Shown here: positions 50,709 to 61,881 of the stretch, piece by piece | How the letters are laid out: each line of letters begins with the position of its first letter | Numbering within the stretch: position 1 is the stretch's first letter | Origin: an uncultured Acidobacteriota bacterium | GTDB lineage: Bacteria > Acidobacteriota > UBA6911 > RPQK01 > JAPXNP01 | NCBI GenBank assembly: GCA_963777605.1 | Contig: CAVZRV010000029.1 | Location: forward strand, 384,001-448,000 | Direction of reading: 5' to 3' | Length of the DNA: 64,000 bases | Program-made: the position numbers and the translations under genes | Notes under the pieces: model-generated | Database searches by the model: none | Seen by the model: the letters and a program-made list of their open reading frames with translations, nothing else | Told to the model about the DNA's origin: nothing

Positions 50709-51496
50709 ACCTGGTGGACTCCCACGCCCACCTGGACGATCCCCGCTTTGCCGATGATCTTCCGGCCGTCATCGCCCGGGCGGAGCAGGCCGGGGTGGGG
50801 CAGATCATGATTGTCGGTTGCCTCGGATCGGATCCTGAAGCCCGTGACCGGGTCCTTCGGCTTCTCGACGCGTGGCCCCGCTTGCGGGCGGCTTTTGGCG
50901 TTCATCCCCACGACGCGCGCTTCATGGGAGACTCTCTCGAAGCAGAACTCGACCGGTTGATGGGCGATCCCAGGGTGCTCGGACTTGGGGAGATCGGGCT
51001 CGACTTCTACTACGATAACAGCCCCCGGGATGTTCAGGCGGAAGCTTTCGCCCGTCAACTCTCCCTGGCGCGCCGGCACCGGAAGCCGGTCGTCATTCAC
51101 ACCCGGGACGCCGAGCCTGAGACGATTGAGATCCTGTCTGCCGAACCGGGCGTGCCGAAGATGGATTGGGGTGTGCTGCACTGTTTTACTGGTTCAGAGA
51201 ACTTGGCACGGGCCGGACTTGAACTCGGTTTCAGCCTCTCGTTTGGGGGCGTCCTGACCTTCAAGAAGGCGAGCGAGTTGAGGGAGATTGCGGGCCGCGT
51301 TCCCGGGGACCAGATCCTTCTGGAAACCGACTGCCCGTACCTTGCTCCGGTTCCGCACCGCGGCAAACGAAACGAGCCTGCCTACGTGGTCCGGGTCGCC
51401 GAAACGCTGGCGGCTTGTCGCAATATGAGCGTCCAAGATGTTGCGTCGCAGACTACCCGCAACTTCCAACGGCTGTTTTCAGCCCCGGATGCGTGA
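50705..51496 (+). CDS. TatD family nuclease/hydrolase
   Basis: DSHAH, GVHP, GEIGLD, HTR, HCF and ETDCPYLAP motifs. Confidence 0.93.
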   Translation: MNLVDSHAHLDDPRFADDLPAVIARAEQAGVGQIMIVGCLGSDPEARDRVLRLLDAWPRLRAAFGVHPHDARFMGDSLEAELDRLMGDPRVLGLGEIGLDFYYDNSPRDVQAEAFARQLSLARRHRKPVVIHTRDAEPETIEILSAEPGVPKMDWGVLHCFTGSENLARAGLELGFSLSFGGVLTFKKASELREIAGRVPGDQILLETDCPYLAPVPHRGKRNEPAYVVRVAETLAACRNMSVQDVASQTTRNFQRLFSAPDA

Positions 51497-51678
51497 CACT
51501 CGCGAGTGCTTTCGACTGCCGACGGGGGGATTCCCGAGGTGGAGGTTCTGAGGTGGTCGGCTGCTGTTTCCCGTGGAGCTGAACAGGCGGCCCGGCCCGG
51601 AGGCACGAGGCCCGGATTTGACCGGTCTCAAGTCCTTTCGGAAGAGGGCCAACTGGTATACTATCCGCCGAGATTTCA

Positions 51679-52677
51679 ATGGATTCTTTGTCAAGTGAAT
51701 CGATTACGTCTGCGTCGGTCTTCCGGCTGGTAGCCGATGATCTGGTCGAGGTCGAGAGAAGGCTCAAACTTGAAGCCTTGTCCAACCTTCGCCTGGTTGA
51801 TCAGATCAACCGCTACCTCCACGACAGCGGCGGAAAGCGTCTGCGACCGACATTGCTCCTGCTCGCTTCGAAGCTCTGCGACGGACCCCGTGAAGGGGCG
51901 CTCCAGTTGGGAGTCGTGGTGGAGTTGATCCACGTCGCCACGCTCGTGCACGACGACATCATTGACAATGCCTCAATGCGCCGCGGCCGGACATCGATCA
52001 ACGCTCGCTGGGGCAACGACGTCACGGTCCTGTTTGGCGACTGGCTCTACATGACGGCGTTCTGGATCGCTCTCCAGGAGCGGAAGCTTGTTCTTCTCGA
52101 CGTCCTGATTGACATCACTCGGAAGATGGTTGAAGGCGAGCTTTTGCAGCTCCAGCTGAGGTATCGGCTCAACGTATCGACCGACGACTACTACAAGGTG
52201 TGCTGGCACAAGACGGCCCACCTGTTCTCCGGCTGTGCGCGCCTGGGTGCCATCGTGTCTGAGTCAGGGGCGGAAATTGAACAGGCGCTGGGCGGTTTTG
52301 GCAGGTCCCTTGGCATGGCGTTCCAGCTCGTCGATGACCTGCTCGACTACACGGCCAGCGAATCCATTCTAGGGAAGCCGGTGCTCAAGGACCTGGAGGA
52401 GGGCAACGTCACCCTGCCGATCATCCAGTTGATGGCCAAGGCCGGGCCGGAGGAACGAAGTTTCCTCGAGTCGATGGTTCGTGAGCGCGCATTCACTCCC
52501 GAGAACAAGGCTCGGGTCGTGGACCTGATTAGCCACTACGGGACTCTCGGTGATCTGCGTACCAAGGCGATCGAGTATGCAGATGAAGCTCGCCGCTCTT
52601 TGCAGGCGATTCCCCCTTCCACCTACAAGGACGCCCTGGCTGAACTTCCCGACCTGATTCTCAACCGCCAGAGTTGA
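51679..52677 (+). CDS. Polyprenyl diphosphate synthase (IspB-like)
   Basis: GGKRLRP, HDDIID..RRG, KTA.LF and FQLVDDLLD motifs. Confidence 0.93.
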   Translation: MDSLSSESITSASVFRLVADDLVEVERRLKLEALSNLRLVDQINRYLHDSGGKRLRPTLLLLASKLCDGPREGALQLGVVVELIHVATLVHDDIIDNASMRRGRTSINARWGNDVTVLFGDWLYMTAFWIALQERKLVLLDVLIDITRKMVEGELLQLQLRYRLNVSTDDYYKVCWHKTAHLFSGCARLGAIVSESGAEIEQALGGFGRSLGMAFQLVDDLLDYTASESILGKPVLKDLEEGNVTLPIIQLMAKAGPEERSFLESMVRERAFTPENKARVVDLISHYGTLGDLRTKAIEYADEARRSLQAIPPSTYKDALAELPDLILNRQS

Positions 52678-52827
52678 GGTCAGTGCAGGATCCTTATCTT
52701 CACAGGAACCGGCGCGATGGTGTGGCTTGTCCAGCGGTGTGACACTGCTTGGGCTCGCGGAAGGCGTCTTCGAAACCCCGGAATTGGGTGGAGCCTCGGA
52801 TAGACCTGCATTGGCCCCGGCGAACAG

Positions 52828-55131
52828 CTACTGGGGAGGCGGCGGCGGAGTGATGTCCTCCACCTGGAACACTTTGGGTTCCGGTTTCGGTTTCGGGGGA
52901 GTGCTTTCGGCCGTGACGACCGGCTCGTCGGTCGCTGGCGCGGCTTCTTCGTTCTCTGCCACGACCGGCTCCGGCAGGCCCGGTCGCCAGCCCGATTCGA
53001 ACTGCTCGGGCGGCATATCCTTCAGGATCTTTCCCATCATGTCTTTCCAGACCGGCAGTGCCAGGGTGTTCCCGTAAACGCGCTCACCCAGTGACTTCTT
53101 CTCGTCGTAGCCGATCCAGACGCCCGCCGTAAGGCGGTTCGTGAATCCGACGAACCAGGTGTCGGTGGACTCGTTCGTCGTCCCGGTCTTGCCGCCGATG
53201 GGGTGGCCTAACTCGAGCAGGGGGCGCCCGGAGCCCGCGCGGACGACCTCGCGCAGAAGGTAGATCATCTTGTCGGCGACATCGGGCGTGACGACCGCGT
53301 CAAAGACCTGGCCCCGGTGCTCCTGCAGAATGGCTCCGTTGTGGTCCTCCACCCGGTCGATGAAATAGGGTTCGGAACGAACCCCGTGATTGGGGAAGGA
53401 GCTGAACGCCGACACGACTTCTTCCAGCGTGACCTCGACCGAACCGAGGGCGATTGAGAGATAGGGAGGGAAGTCCTGTTTCATCCCGAAGCGCTTGGCA
53501 ACGTCGGCAATCTTCTGGGGGCCGAGCGAATTGGCCAGACGGACCGTGGGGACGTTTCGTGATTCGGCCAGCGCCTGTCGAATCGTGATCAGGCCTTTGT
53601 ATTTGTCGTCCCAGTTCGAAGGCGCATAGGGGCGCCCCAGCGCATCAGTGAACTCCACCGGGCTGTCGAGGATGGTGTCTTCCGGAGAAAAACCGGCTTC
53701 CATCGCAGCAACGTAGGTAAACGGCTTGAAGATCGACCCGGGCTGACGAAGCGCCTGCATTGCGCGGTTGAATTTGCTGTACTGAAAATCAAATCCGCCC
53801 ACCATCGCGCGAACAGCGCCGGTCCGATTGTCGAGGATCAGGGCTGCCCCCTGGACCTCGGGAATCTGATCGAGGGTAGCCTGGATCCGCTTGTTCGCCC
53901 GATCGACCTTGTCGAGCATGAAGACGTCAACGTCGCCCGGTTTCAGGACGTCGCTGACTTTCTTCCGCCTGGTCCACTTGAGCTGGTCCATCGTGATCGT
54001 GGCGCGATAGCTTCCCAGCTTGACATCGGCCGACTCGGCATTCGAGTCCAGAACCAGGCCGTGAATCATCTGTCCGTCATAGAAAAGCCGAGACCAGTCG
54101 GGATGACGGTACTCTTCGAGGGAGAATCCCCGTTCCAGGATGTTGTCTTCGGGCCCGGCCCAACCTCGTTTCTTGCGATCGAAGTCCCGGAGACCCTTCT
54201 TGACGGCTTCTTCGGCCGCCTGTTGCATGTCGAGGTCGAGAGTGGTGTAGATCTTGAGTCCGCCCGACCAGATATCCTCGGTGTGATAAGTGGCGTCGAG
54301 TTTCTGGCGGACCCATTCCACGAAGTAGGGAGCCGGTGTCTGATCATCGTCGCGCCCTTTGACGTCGAGCGGTTCGGCAATCGCCTGGTCGTACGCCGCC
54401 TTGTCGATAAAGTGGCGGCTGAGCATCTCCCTCAAAACGTAGTTGTTCCGGCGGGAAAGGGCCCGGTCGGGGTGAGTAATCGGGGAATACCGACCCGGAG
54501 CCTGGATGATCCCTGCCAGCAATGCACATTCGGCCAGCGTCAACTCGTCGAGGGTCTTGTGAAAGTAGAAGTCGGCACCCGCTGCGATCCCATAGCGACC
54601 GTGGCCGATTGAAATCTGGTTCGCGTAGAAGGTGAAGATCTGCTCCTTGGAGTAGGTCTTCTCAATATCGATGGCGTACAGGAAGTCCTTGATCTTGCGT
54701 TCCCAGGTCTTTTCGAAGCTGGTGAAGCGCATCTTGCTGAGCTGCATCGTCAGCGTCGAAGCTCCCTTCTTCTCAGAACGGACCACGTCCCAGAATGCAG
54801 TAGCAAAGACGCGCTGGAAATCGATTCCGGAGTGACTGAAGAAATTGGCGTCTTCGGCGGCCACGATGGCGTTCTTCATCTGGTCGGGAATGTCCTCGTA
54901 AGCGACCAGAATGCGTTTCTCCTGGGCAAACTGGCCGATGACTTTGCCGTCGGCGCCGTAAACCGTACTGCTCAAACCCGGGCGAACTTGCTCGAGTTCC
55001 TGGACTCTGGGCAGATTGACGACGTAGCCGAACACGACGCCGGCGGCCCCGCCAAGTATTACTGTACCGAGAAGAACGATCCCGTAGGTCGCCCAGAAAA
55101 CAACATGTCGGCCCCGCTTCGTTGACGCCAA
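52828..55131 (-). CDS. Class A penicillin-binding protein (PBP1A family)
   Basis: Glycosyltransferase ED..F..H.GID and GASTLTMQ; transpeptidase SIFK, SRN and KTG motifs. Likely TTG 55131 after GGGAGA. Confidence 0.93.
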   Translation of the reverse strand: MASTKRGRHVVFWATYGIVLLGTVILGGAAGVVFGYVVNLPRVQELEQVRPGLSSTVYGADGKVIGQFAQEKRILVAYEDIPDQMKNAIVAAEDANFFSHSGIDFQRVFATAFWDVVRSEKKGASTLTMQLSKMRFTSFEKTWERKIKDFLYAIDIEKTYSKEQIFTFYANQISIGHGRYGIAAGADFYFHKTLDELTLAECALLAGIIQAPGRYSPITHPDRALSRRNNYVLREMLSRHFIDKAAYDQAIAEPLDVKGRDDDQTPAPYFVEWVRQKLDATYHTEDIWSGGLKIYTTLDLDMQQAAEEAVKKGLRDFDRKKRGWAGPEDNILERGFSLEEYRHPDWSRLFYDGQMIHGLVLDSNAESADVKLGSYRATITMDQLKWTRRKKVSDVLKPGDVDVFMLDKVDRANKRIQATLDQIPEVQGAALILDNRTGAVRAMVGGFDFQYSKFNRAMQALRQPGSIFKPFTYVAAMEAGFSPEDTILDSPVEFTDALGRPYAPSNWDDKYKGLITIRQALAESRNVPTVRLANSLGPQKIADVAKRFGMKQDFPPYLSIALGSVEVTLEEVVSAFSSFPNHGVRSEPYFIDRVEDHNGAILQEHRGQVFDAVVTPDVADKMIYLLREVVRAGSGRPLLELGHPIGGKTGTTNESTDTWFVGFTNRLTAGVWIGYDEKKSLGERVYGNTLALPVWKDMMGKILKDMPPEQFESGWRPGLPEPVVAENEEAAPATDEPVVTAESTPPKPKPEPKVFQVEDITPPPPPQ

Positions 55132-55263
55132 AGTATTTCTCCCAATCGACTTCATCATTCTATCAATCAATTGGCGGCAGGGCATTCAATCCCGGAATGC
55201 GATCAGCGTCACAGATGGATGCGTACAATTGTGTTTCCATAAGGCCCGCGAGGTATGAAGATT

Positions 55264-55560
55264 ATGAGAAGAGGGATTCTGTCTATTCTGGTTCTTGGGG
55301 TTGTTCTGGCCGTTGCCGGTTCCGTACTGGCCCAGCAGTGGCAGTACGTTGGAGTGGTGACTTCCGACGTGTCTCGGGACGAATCGAGTCTGCTGGTGGA
55401 TGCGACGCAGCCGATCCAGGCTGGAAAGCTCCTCATGATCGAGAGTCGCGACGGCTTGGTCCGGGAGACCTGCGAGGTACGTCACGTCTACGGGCATGTC
55501 GTTATCCTGGAAGAGGCGCTCAAGGTGTCTTTCGTTTCAGGCGCGAAACTGTTCCAGTAG
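55264..55560 (+). CDS. Small secreted hypothetical protein
   Basis: Clear signal peptide (MRRGILS..VLA|QQ) and beta-rich mature part. Alternative start 55255. Confidence 0.65.
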   Translation: MRRGILSILVLGVVLAVAGSVLAQQWQYVGVVTSDVSRDESSLLVDATQPIQAGKLLMIESRDGLVRETCEVRHVYGHVVILEEALKVSFVSGAKLFQ

Positions 55561-55631
55561 CGTAATTCGCGATCGAAGACTGAAGGGCAACGAGGACTGT
55601 CGGAAGTTCCGGCTGACTCCGGCCTCCGGAA

Positions 55632-56111
55632 CTACTCGTCCGATTTGGGCTGTTCGTGGATGGTCGTGACCTTGAGGATCTCGTAGCTTCGCCTTCCCCC
55701 GGGAGTGCGAATTTCCACTTCGTCACCCGCTACTCTTCCCATCAGGCTCTTTCCGATGGGAGATGACGTAGAGATGCGGCCGTTGGCCACATCGGCTTCT
55801 TCGCTGGTAACAAGCCGGTATGTCACTTCCTGATCGCGATCCACGTCGTAGAGGACCACGATAGTCCCGTAGGAGACTTTCCCGTGGGGAATTTTGTCGA
55901 GGTTGACCAGTGAGAGTTTCGCCAGGCGCTGCGTGAGATTCCCAAGTTCTGCCTGAACGTAAGTCTGTCGTTCCTTGGCAGCCTGGTACTCTGCATTTTC
56001 CCTGAGGTCGCCCAGTTCACGTGCCTTCTGGATGGCCTTGGGCAATTCGTCTTTAAGCTCTCGTTCGAGCTTCCGAATCCTTGCTTCCAGTTGTTGTTTG
56101 ACTTCTTTCAA
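55632..56111 (-). CDS. greA: Transcription elongation factor GreA
   Basis: GDLRENAEY.AAKE and IS..SPIG..L.G motifs. TTG start overlaps the nuoN stop. Confidence 0.93.
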   Translation of the reverse strand: MKEVKQQLEARIRKLERELKDELPKAIQKARELGDLRENAEYQAAKERQTYVQAELGNLTQRLAKLSLVNLDKIPHGKVSYGTIVVLYDVDRDQEVTYRLVTSEEADVANGRISTSSPIGKSLMGRVAGDEVEIRTPGGRRSYEILKVTTIHEQPKSDE

Positions 56112-57538
56112 AAGTGAATCGCCTCGCTAGCCAGATTCAAAAGACCGCCCGGAAGGATGCCGAGGTAGAGCGTTCCGACGACCATCACCACGAGCAGAAT
56201 GCGCGCAGCCAGAGGAATCCTGATTGCTTCAATCTCGCCCTCGGGGTCTTTCATATACATGAATACTATGACCCGCAGGTAGTAGTAGATGCCGATCGCG
56301 GACGCGATTACCGCAATCACCACCAGCCAGTACATCCCGCTCTCAATTGCCGCCGAAAACAGAAACAGTTTGCCTGCGAACCCTCCCGTGAAGGGAATGC
56401 CTGCCAGCGAGACCAGAAAGACCGACAGTGCAATGCCGAGGCCGGGATACTTGAATCCCAGTCCGGCGTAGTCCTTGATCGCTACCGTCTGCTCGTTCTT
56501 GCGTCCCACGAGTTGAACCACGATCAGCGCGCCCAGATTCATGAACGCGTAAGCCATAAGATAGAAAAGCACGCCTTGGCCGCCGAGTTCGTTGCTTGCC
56601 GCCACACCGACCAGCAGGTAACCTGCGTGTGCGATGGAAGAGTATCCCAGCATTCGCTTGATGTTGGTCTGAGACAGCGCAGCAATGTTGCCGATCAGCA
56701 TGGTCAGGACGGCCGAAACCCAGAGCAGGGTTTGCCATTCCACGCTGAACGCTGGAAATACCTGGTAGAGAATCCGGAGAAATGCGACCAGAGCGGCAGC
56801 CTTCGACGCCACTGCAAGGTGAGCGGTGATCGGTGTCGGGGCCCCTTCATAGACGTCGGGGGTCCAGACGTGGAATGGCGCCAGCGCCGCCTTGAACCCG
56901 AACCCGACCATTAGCAGGCCCATCCCGACGTAGAGCATGGGGGACGCTGCGCCGCCGCCGCCGATCGACTCAGCGATTTCGAGGTACTTGGTGGTTCCGG
57001 TCGCACCATAGATCAGTGAGATACCGTAGAGCAGGAAACCGGTCGAAAAAGCGCCGAGCAAGAAGTACTTCAAGGCCGATTCGATTGACTTCATCTCGTC
57101 ACGCCGAAAGCCGGCCAGGACATAAGTGGCAATGGAAAGCACCTCGATGCCGAGGAAGGTCATGATGAGATCGGCACTGGCCGCCATCAGGCCCATGCCC
57201 ACCGCCGCGAAAAGGAGCAAGGCGAAATACTCGGCATGAAACAGGCGATCCGTCTCCAGGTAACTGATGGAGGTCGTGATGATCGCACCGACCGAAATCA
57301 AGATGATGACCCTGGAGAACTGGGCAAAGTCGTCCTGAAAAACTGTGTTGAAAAAGGCCACGTCGGACTGGCCCCATTGGACGATCACGGTGACCAGGGC
57401 CAGAAGAACTCCACCCAGGGCCAGATATCCCAGCCGAGGCTGATTTTCATCTGCCGTGATTGGGATCAGGATGACCAGAAGTATGCCCACAACGGACAGG
57501 ATGATTTCGGGCAATAGAGCAAAATAGTTGATATCCAT
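56108..57538 (-). CDS. nuoN: NADH-quinone oxidoreductase subunit N
   Basis: ESALKYF, FK..APFH.W.PDVYEGAP and KRMLGYSSIAHAGY motifs. Confidence 0.95.
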   Translation of the reverse strand: MDINYFALLPEIILSVVGILLVILIPITADENQPRLGYLALGGVLLALVTVIVQWGQSDVAFFNTVFQDDFAQFSRVIILISVGAIITTSISYLETDRLFHAEYFALLLFAAVGMGLMAASADLIMTFLGIEVLSIATYVLAGFRRDEMKSIESALKYFLLGAFSTGFLLYGISLIYGATGTTKYLEIAESIGGGGAASPMLYVGMGLLMVGFGFKAALAPFHVWTPDVYEGAPTPITAHLAVASKAAALVAFLRILYQVFPAFSVEWQTLLWVSAVLTMLIGNIAALSQTNIKRMLGYSSIAHAGYLLVGVAASNELGGQGVLFYLMAYAFMNLGALIVVQLVGRKNEQTVAIKDYAGLGFKYPGLGIALSVFLVSLAGIPFTGGFAGKLFLFSAAIESGMYWLVVIAVIASAIGIYYYLRVIVFMYMKDPEGEIEAIRIPLAARILLVVMVVGTLYLGILPGGLLNLASEAIHF

Positions 57539-57556
57539 TGCTTCTTTCAGGAGCAC

Positions 57557-59104
57557 TTATTCAACGACACTGCGGGCGTCCACGGACATCACCCGAGAAC
57601 CCCTTGCATCTTCAATCCGATCGACGACCTTCTGAACCGAAACGTCCATTTTCCTCAGGAAGCCACCCGATGCGACTCCCATCCAGACCGCCAGCACGAT
57701 CAATGGCAGGATCGTGAAGATTTCCCGATAGGAGAGGTCGGGCAGTCCCTTGTTCTGATCGTTTTCCAAGGGACCGAGGAACACCCTCTGATACATCCAA
57801 AGCATGTAGACTGCGGCAAAGATTACGGCCGAGGCTCCCACGATGGCGAAAACGTGATTGTCCAGGAACGTGCCCTGGAGGATCAGGAACTCACCGACGA
57901 AGCCATTCAGTCCCGGCAGGCCGATGCTGCTCAGCGTGATCACCAGGAACATCGTCGCGTAAATGGGCATCGGCTGGGCGATTCCGCCGAAGTTTTTGAT
58001 CTCGCGGGTGTGCCGCCGATCGTAGATCATGCCGACGAGCAGGAAGAGCGCTCCGGTCGAGACACCATGGTTGAGCATCTGGTAGGTCGCGCCCTCGATT
58101 GACACCACGTTGAAGGCGAAAATCCCAAGCACCACAAAACCGAGGTGACTCACCGAGGAATAGGCAACCAGTTTCTTGACGTCGGGCTGGACCATGGCAA
58201 CCAGGGCGCCGTAAATGATCCCAATGACCGCCAGCACGCTGACGACCGGCGCCAGTCGGACGGAAGCATCGGGGAACATCGGCAGGCAGAAGCGGAGAAT
58301 GCCGTAGGTGCCCATTTTCAGGAGGACGCCGGCCAGGATCACCGAGCCTGCGGTCGGAGCCTCGACGTGCGCGTCGGGTAACCAGGTGTGGAACGGAAAG
58401 AGCGGTACCTTGATGGCGAACGCAAGGAAGAAAGCCAGAAACAGCAACATTTCCGTGCCCGGAGCCAGGGTGATCTCTCCCGAGGCCAACCGTTGGGTGA
58501 TCTGGACGATGTCGAAGTTCTCCCCGCCGTTGTTCAGGAAGTAGAGCGTGATCAACGCCGCCAGCATTAAGAGCGAGCCGGTAGCGGTGTACAGGAAGAA
58601 CTTGACCGCCGCGTAAATCCTCCGGGTCCCGCCCCAGATTCCGATAAGGAAGTACATCGGAATCAGCATCGCCTCCCAGAAGAAGTAGAAAACGATCAGG
58701 TCGAGGGCGATGAAGACGCCGAGCATGGCGGTCTCCAGCAGGAGCATCAGCGCCATGTAGCCCTTCAGGCTTCGTTCGACGCTCCAGCTCCCGAGGATTG
58801 CCAGCGGCATGATCACGGTGGTCAGGAGGACCAGGAAAAGGCTGATCCCGTCGACTCCGACGTGGTAATGGATGGAGAAACCGCCGGCTTCGATCCAGGA
58901 AATGTTCTGGACGAACTGCATCTCGGCCGTTCCGGGGTCAAACTGGGTCAGGAGCGGTACCGAAGCAGCCAGGGCCGCCAAAGTGACAATGAGCGCCGTG
59001 TACCGGATCGCTACCCGGTTCTCACCGGGCAACAAGGCAATCAGCACTGCTCCGACCGTCGGAATGAGCAGAAGTAGTGTGAGCATGTTCTCTGGCGCCA
59101 ACAT
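57557..59104 (-). CDS. nuoM: NADH-quinone oxidoreductase subunit M
   Basis: GVDGIS, FWE..LIPM, IKVPLFPFHTWLPDAHVEAP and LLKMGTYG motifs. Confidence 0.95.
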   Translation of the reverse strand: MLAPENMLTLLLLIPTVGAVLIALLPGENRVAIRYTALIVTLAALAASVPLLTQFDPGTAEMQFVQNISWIEAGGFSIHYHVGVDGISLFLVLLTTVIMPLAILGSWSVERSLKGYMALMLLLETAMLGVFIALDLIVFYFFWEAMLIPMYFLIGIWGGTRRIYAAVKFFLYTATGSLLMLAALITLYFLNNGGENFDIVQITQRLASGEITLAPGTEMLLFLAFFLAFAIKVPLFPFHTWLPDAHVEAPTAGSVILAGVLLKMGTYGILRFCLPMFPDASVRLAPVVSVLAVIGIIYGALVAMVQPDVKKLVAYSSVSHLGFVVLGIFAFNVVSIEGATYQMLNHGVSTGALFLLVGMIYDRRHTREIKNFGGIAQPMPIYATMFLVITLSSIGLPGLNGFVGEFLILQGTFLDNHVFAIVGASAVIFAAVYMLWMYQRVFLGPLENDQNKGLPDLSYREIFTILPLIVLAVWMGVASGGFLRKMDVSVQKVVDRIEDARGSRVMSVDARSVVE

Positions 59105-59107
59105 TTC

Positions 59108-61081
59108 CTAACTCGTGATGTAGTAAAAGACAACCACCAGGACGGCACCCAGCAGGATCCAGTTGGCATACACACGGGCATAGCCATCCTGGATCTTCCG
59201 TACCGAGTCGCTCCACCTGAGTGCCAACGATGCAATCCCGTCAACGGCCCCGTCGATGAGGCCAACGTCGATACCCTTCCAGAGGACCAGGCGGGAAAAT
59301 CGCTCGATCGGCCAAACCACCAGCGCGTCGTAAATTTCGTCAACGTAAAACTTGTTCCAAAGTACCCGGTGCAACCCGGCATAGCGGACAGCCACCCGTT
59401 CGGCCCGCGTAGGATCCGCAATAAAGTACCGGTAGGCAACCCAGATTCCAAGAATGGCCAGGGTGACAACCAGCAGCGTCAGGCCGATCTCAACCGAATG
59501 GCCATAAGCCTCGCCGTGCAGTTCCCCGCGAAACGCGAATTCAAACGACGGTTCCAGGTAATGCTCGAGGTAGTTCGGTCCCAACCAGGCGGGCAGGCCG
59601 ACCAGACCACCGAGCACTGAAAGCAACGCAAGGATCGACAGGGGTCCCGTGATGATCCAGGAAGGCTCTTTCGGCTTGGCGTCACCGTGCCCGTGTCCCG
59701 AATGCTCTTCGTGTCCGTGATGGCTCAGGTCGAAGCGTTCCTCGCCGTAGAACGTCAGGTACATTAACCGGGCCATGTAAAAGGCGGTCAGAGCCGCCAC
59801 CACGGTTCCAATGAACCAGAGGATCGCGTTGCCGTGGGGACTGGTCAGAGACTGCCAGAGGATTTCGTCTTTCGAAAAGAACCCCGCGAATGGGGGAATC
59901 CCGGAGATGGCAAGAGTGGCGATACCCATGGTCGCCCAGGTCACCGGAAGGTACTTCTTGAGTCCGCCCATCTTCATCATGTCCTGCTCGTGGTGAACCG
60001 CCAGAATGACGCTGCCGGAACCCAGGAAGAGCAGGGCTTTGAAAAAGGCGTGGGTGTAGAGGTGAAAGATCCCAGCCGAAAAAGCGCCGACACCAACCGC
60101 CAGGATCATGTATCCCAACTGGCTGACTGTCGAGTAGGCCAAAACCCGCTTGATGTCCCGTTGGGTAATCGCGATCAGGGCCGCCACCAGGGCTGTGGCC
60201 ACACCTACCACCGCGACGATCATCATGGCTTCCGGGGCCCGGCTGTAAATCGCCGAAGAGCGGGCGATCATGTAGACACCGGCGGTGACCATGGTGGCAG
60301 CGTGGATGAGGGCGCTCACCGGGGTCGGGCCGGCCATGGCATCGGGAAGCCAGACGTACAGAGGAATCTGGGCGCTCTTGCCGGTCGCTCCGAGAAAGAG
60401 CAGGAGAGCGATCGCGGCAAGGAGACCGAACCCGGCATCCGGGGTCGGAAAACGTTCACTCACGGCTTCGAAGACCTGGTGGAAATTCAGCGATCCGAAG
60501 TTCTGGAAAATCAGGAACATTCCCAGCAGGAATCCGAAATCTCCGATCCGGTTTACGATGAAGGCTTTCTTGGCCGCGTCGCCGGCGACCCGGGTTTCAA
60601 AGAAATAGCCGATCAGGAGATAGGAGCAGAGTCCCACACCTTCCCACCCGACGAACATGAGGAGGTAGTTGTCGGCCAGGACCAGGATGCTCATCATGAA
60701 GATGAAAAGATTCAGATAGGCGAAAAACCGGTAGGTACCGGTCTCGCCGGCCATGTACTCGATCGAGTAGACGTGAATCAGGAAGCCGACCCCGGTGACG
60801 ACGAGGATCATGACCGAGGAAAGCGGGTCGAGGAGAAACGAGCAGTCAGCGCTGAACGATCCGGCCTGTATCCAATTGAAAAGATGATTGACCACAACCC
60901 GATCTTCAGCGGCCCGGCCCAGCAACTCGATGAATGAAAGGGCTGCGACTGAGAAACTGGCGAAAACCGTCAGCGAGCCAATGATCCCGATCAACCGGGC
61001 GGGCAGTCGTTTTCCCACGAGGCCGTTCAGGGCCGCTCCAAGCAGGGGGAACAGGAGAAGAATCCAGAAATTATCCAGCAT
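59108..61081 (-). CDS. nuoL: NADH-quinone oxidoreductase subunit L
   Basis: WEGVGLCSYLLI, NRIGD, GKSAQ.PL..WLPDAMAGPTPVSALIHAATMV motifs. Confidence 0.95.
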   Translation of the reverse strand: MLDNFWILLLFPLLGAALNGLVGKRLPARLIGIIGSLTVFASFSVAALSFIELLGRAAEDRVVVNHLFNWIQAGSFSADCSFLLDPLSSVMILVVTGVGFLIHVYSIEYMAGETGTYRFFAYLNLFIFMMSILVLADNYLLMFVGWEGVGLCSYLLIGYFFETRVAGDAAKKAFIVNRIGDFGFLLGMFLIFQNFGSLNFHQVFEAVSERFPTPDAGFGLLAAIALLLFLGATGKSAQIPLYVWLPDAMAGPTPVSALIHAATMVTAGVYMIARSSAIYSRAPEAMMIVAVVGVATALVAALIAITQRDIKRVLAYSTVSQLGYMILAVGVGAFSAGIFHLYTHAFFKALLFLGSGSVILAVHHEQDMMKMGGLKKYLPVTWATMGIATLAISGIPPFAGFFSKDEILWQSLTSPHGNAILWFIGTVVAALTAFYMARLMYLTFYGEERFDLSHHGHEEHSGHGHGDAKPKEPSWIITGPLSILALLSVLGGLVGLPAWLGPNYLEHYLEPSFEFAFRGELHGEAYGHSVEIGLTLLVVTLAILGIWVAYRYFIADPTRAERVAVRYAGLHRVLWNKFYVDEIYDALVVWPIERFSRLVLWKGIDVGLIDGAVDGIASLALRWSDSVRKIQDGYARVYANWILLGAVLVVVFYYITS

Positions 61082-61084
61082 CGC

Positions 61085-61387
61085 TCACCACTTCATCGTG
61101 TCGGCCTGATCCACGTCTACGGAATTCGTCTTTCTCGCCAGAAGCACGATAATGGCGAGGCCAACGGCAACCTCCGCAGCGGCAACGGTCATCACAAAGA
61201 AAACAAATATCTGCCCGTCTACCTGCCCGAACGAGCGAGCAAAGGCGAGGAAGGTCAGATTAACGGCGTTCAGCATCAATTCGATGCACATGAACATCGT
61301 GATCACATTGCGCCGAATGATCACGCCGAAAGCACCGATCGTGAAAAGAATTGCTCCCAAAGCCAGATAGTGGGTGGTGGAAACCAT
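61085..61387 (-). CDS. nuoK: NADH-quinone oxidoreductase subunit K
   Basis: [12 protein letters not shown] and [11 protein letters not shown] motifs. Confidence 0.95.
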   Translation of the reverse strand: MVSTTHYLALGAILFTIGAFGVIIRRNVITMFMCIELMLNAVNLTFLAFARSFGQVDGQIFVFFVMTVAAAEVAVGLAIIVLLARKTNSVDVDQADTMKW

Positions 61388-61392
61388 AATCG

Positions 61393-61881
61393 TCAGTCGG
61401 TCCGCTTGGCTAAAACCATCGCTCCCAGAACAGCAACGAGGATCAGTATCGAGGTCACTTCAAAGGGGAGCAGGTAGTCACTGAAGAGTGATCGTGCAAT
61501 GCTCTGGATCTCCCCGTTGGCCGCGAAGGCGCCTGCAGGCTCAGCCATGCTGGTCACCGTCCTGACCATGACGAAAGCGAAGACCACAGCGAGAGGTGCA
61601 GCGACGGCCGCAAGACCGCCGACTCTCCTGATCTGAAAGGCTTCTGCTTCCGGATCGATCAGCATCACTACAAACAGGAACAGCACCATGATGGCGCCAG
61701 CGTAGACAATCACCTGAATTGCCGCGATGAAGATAGCCCCGAGTTGGTAGAAGAGCACTGCGACGGAAAATAAACAGACAATCAGAGCCAACGCGCTGTA
61801 AAGTGCCCGGCGCTGGAGCACAACCAACAGGGCAGCTGCCACAGATACGCCCGCACAGAGGTAGAATACTAACTGCTCCAC
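61393..61881 (-). CDS. nuoJ: NADH-quinone oxidoreductase subunit J
   Basis: [18 protein letters not shown] and YLLPFE.TS motifs. Confidence 0.95.
   Translation of the reverse strand: MEQLVFYLCAGVSVAAALLVVLQRRALYSALALIVCLFSVAVLFYQLGAIFIAAIQVIVYAGAIMVLFLFVVMLIDPEAEAFQIRRVGGLAAVAAPLAVVFAFVMVRTVTSMAEPAGAFAANGEIQSIARSLFSDYLLPFEVTSILILVAVLGAMVLAKRTD

Noticed and set aside
55605-55633. AGTTCCGG/CCGGAACT hairpin between convergent genes as an intrinsic terminator
   Set aside because: The loop is long and there is no U-tract on either strand, so support is insufficient.
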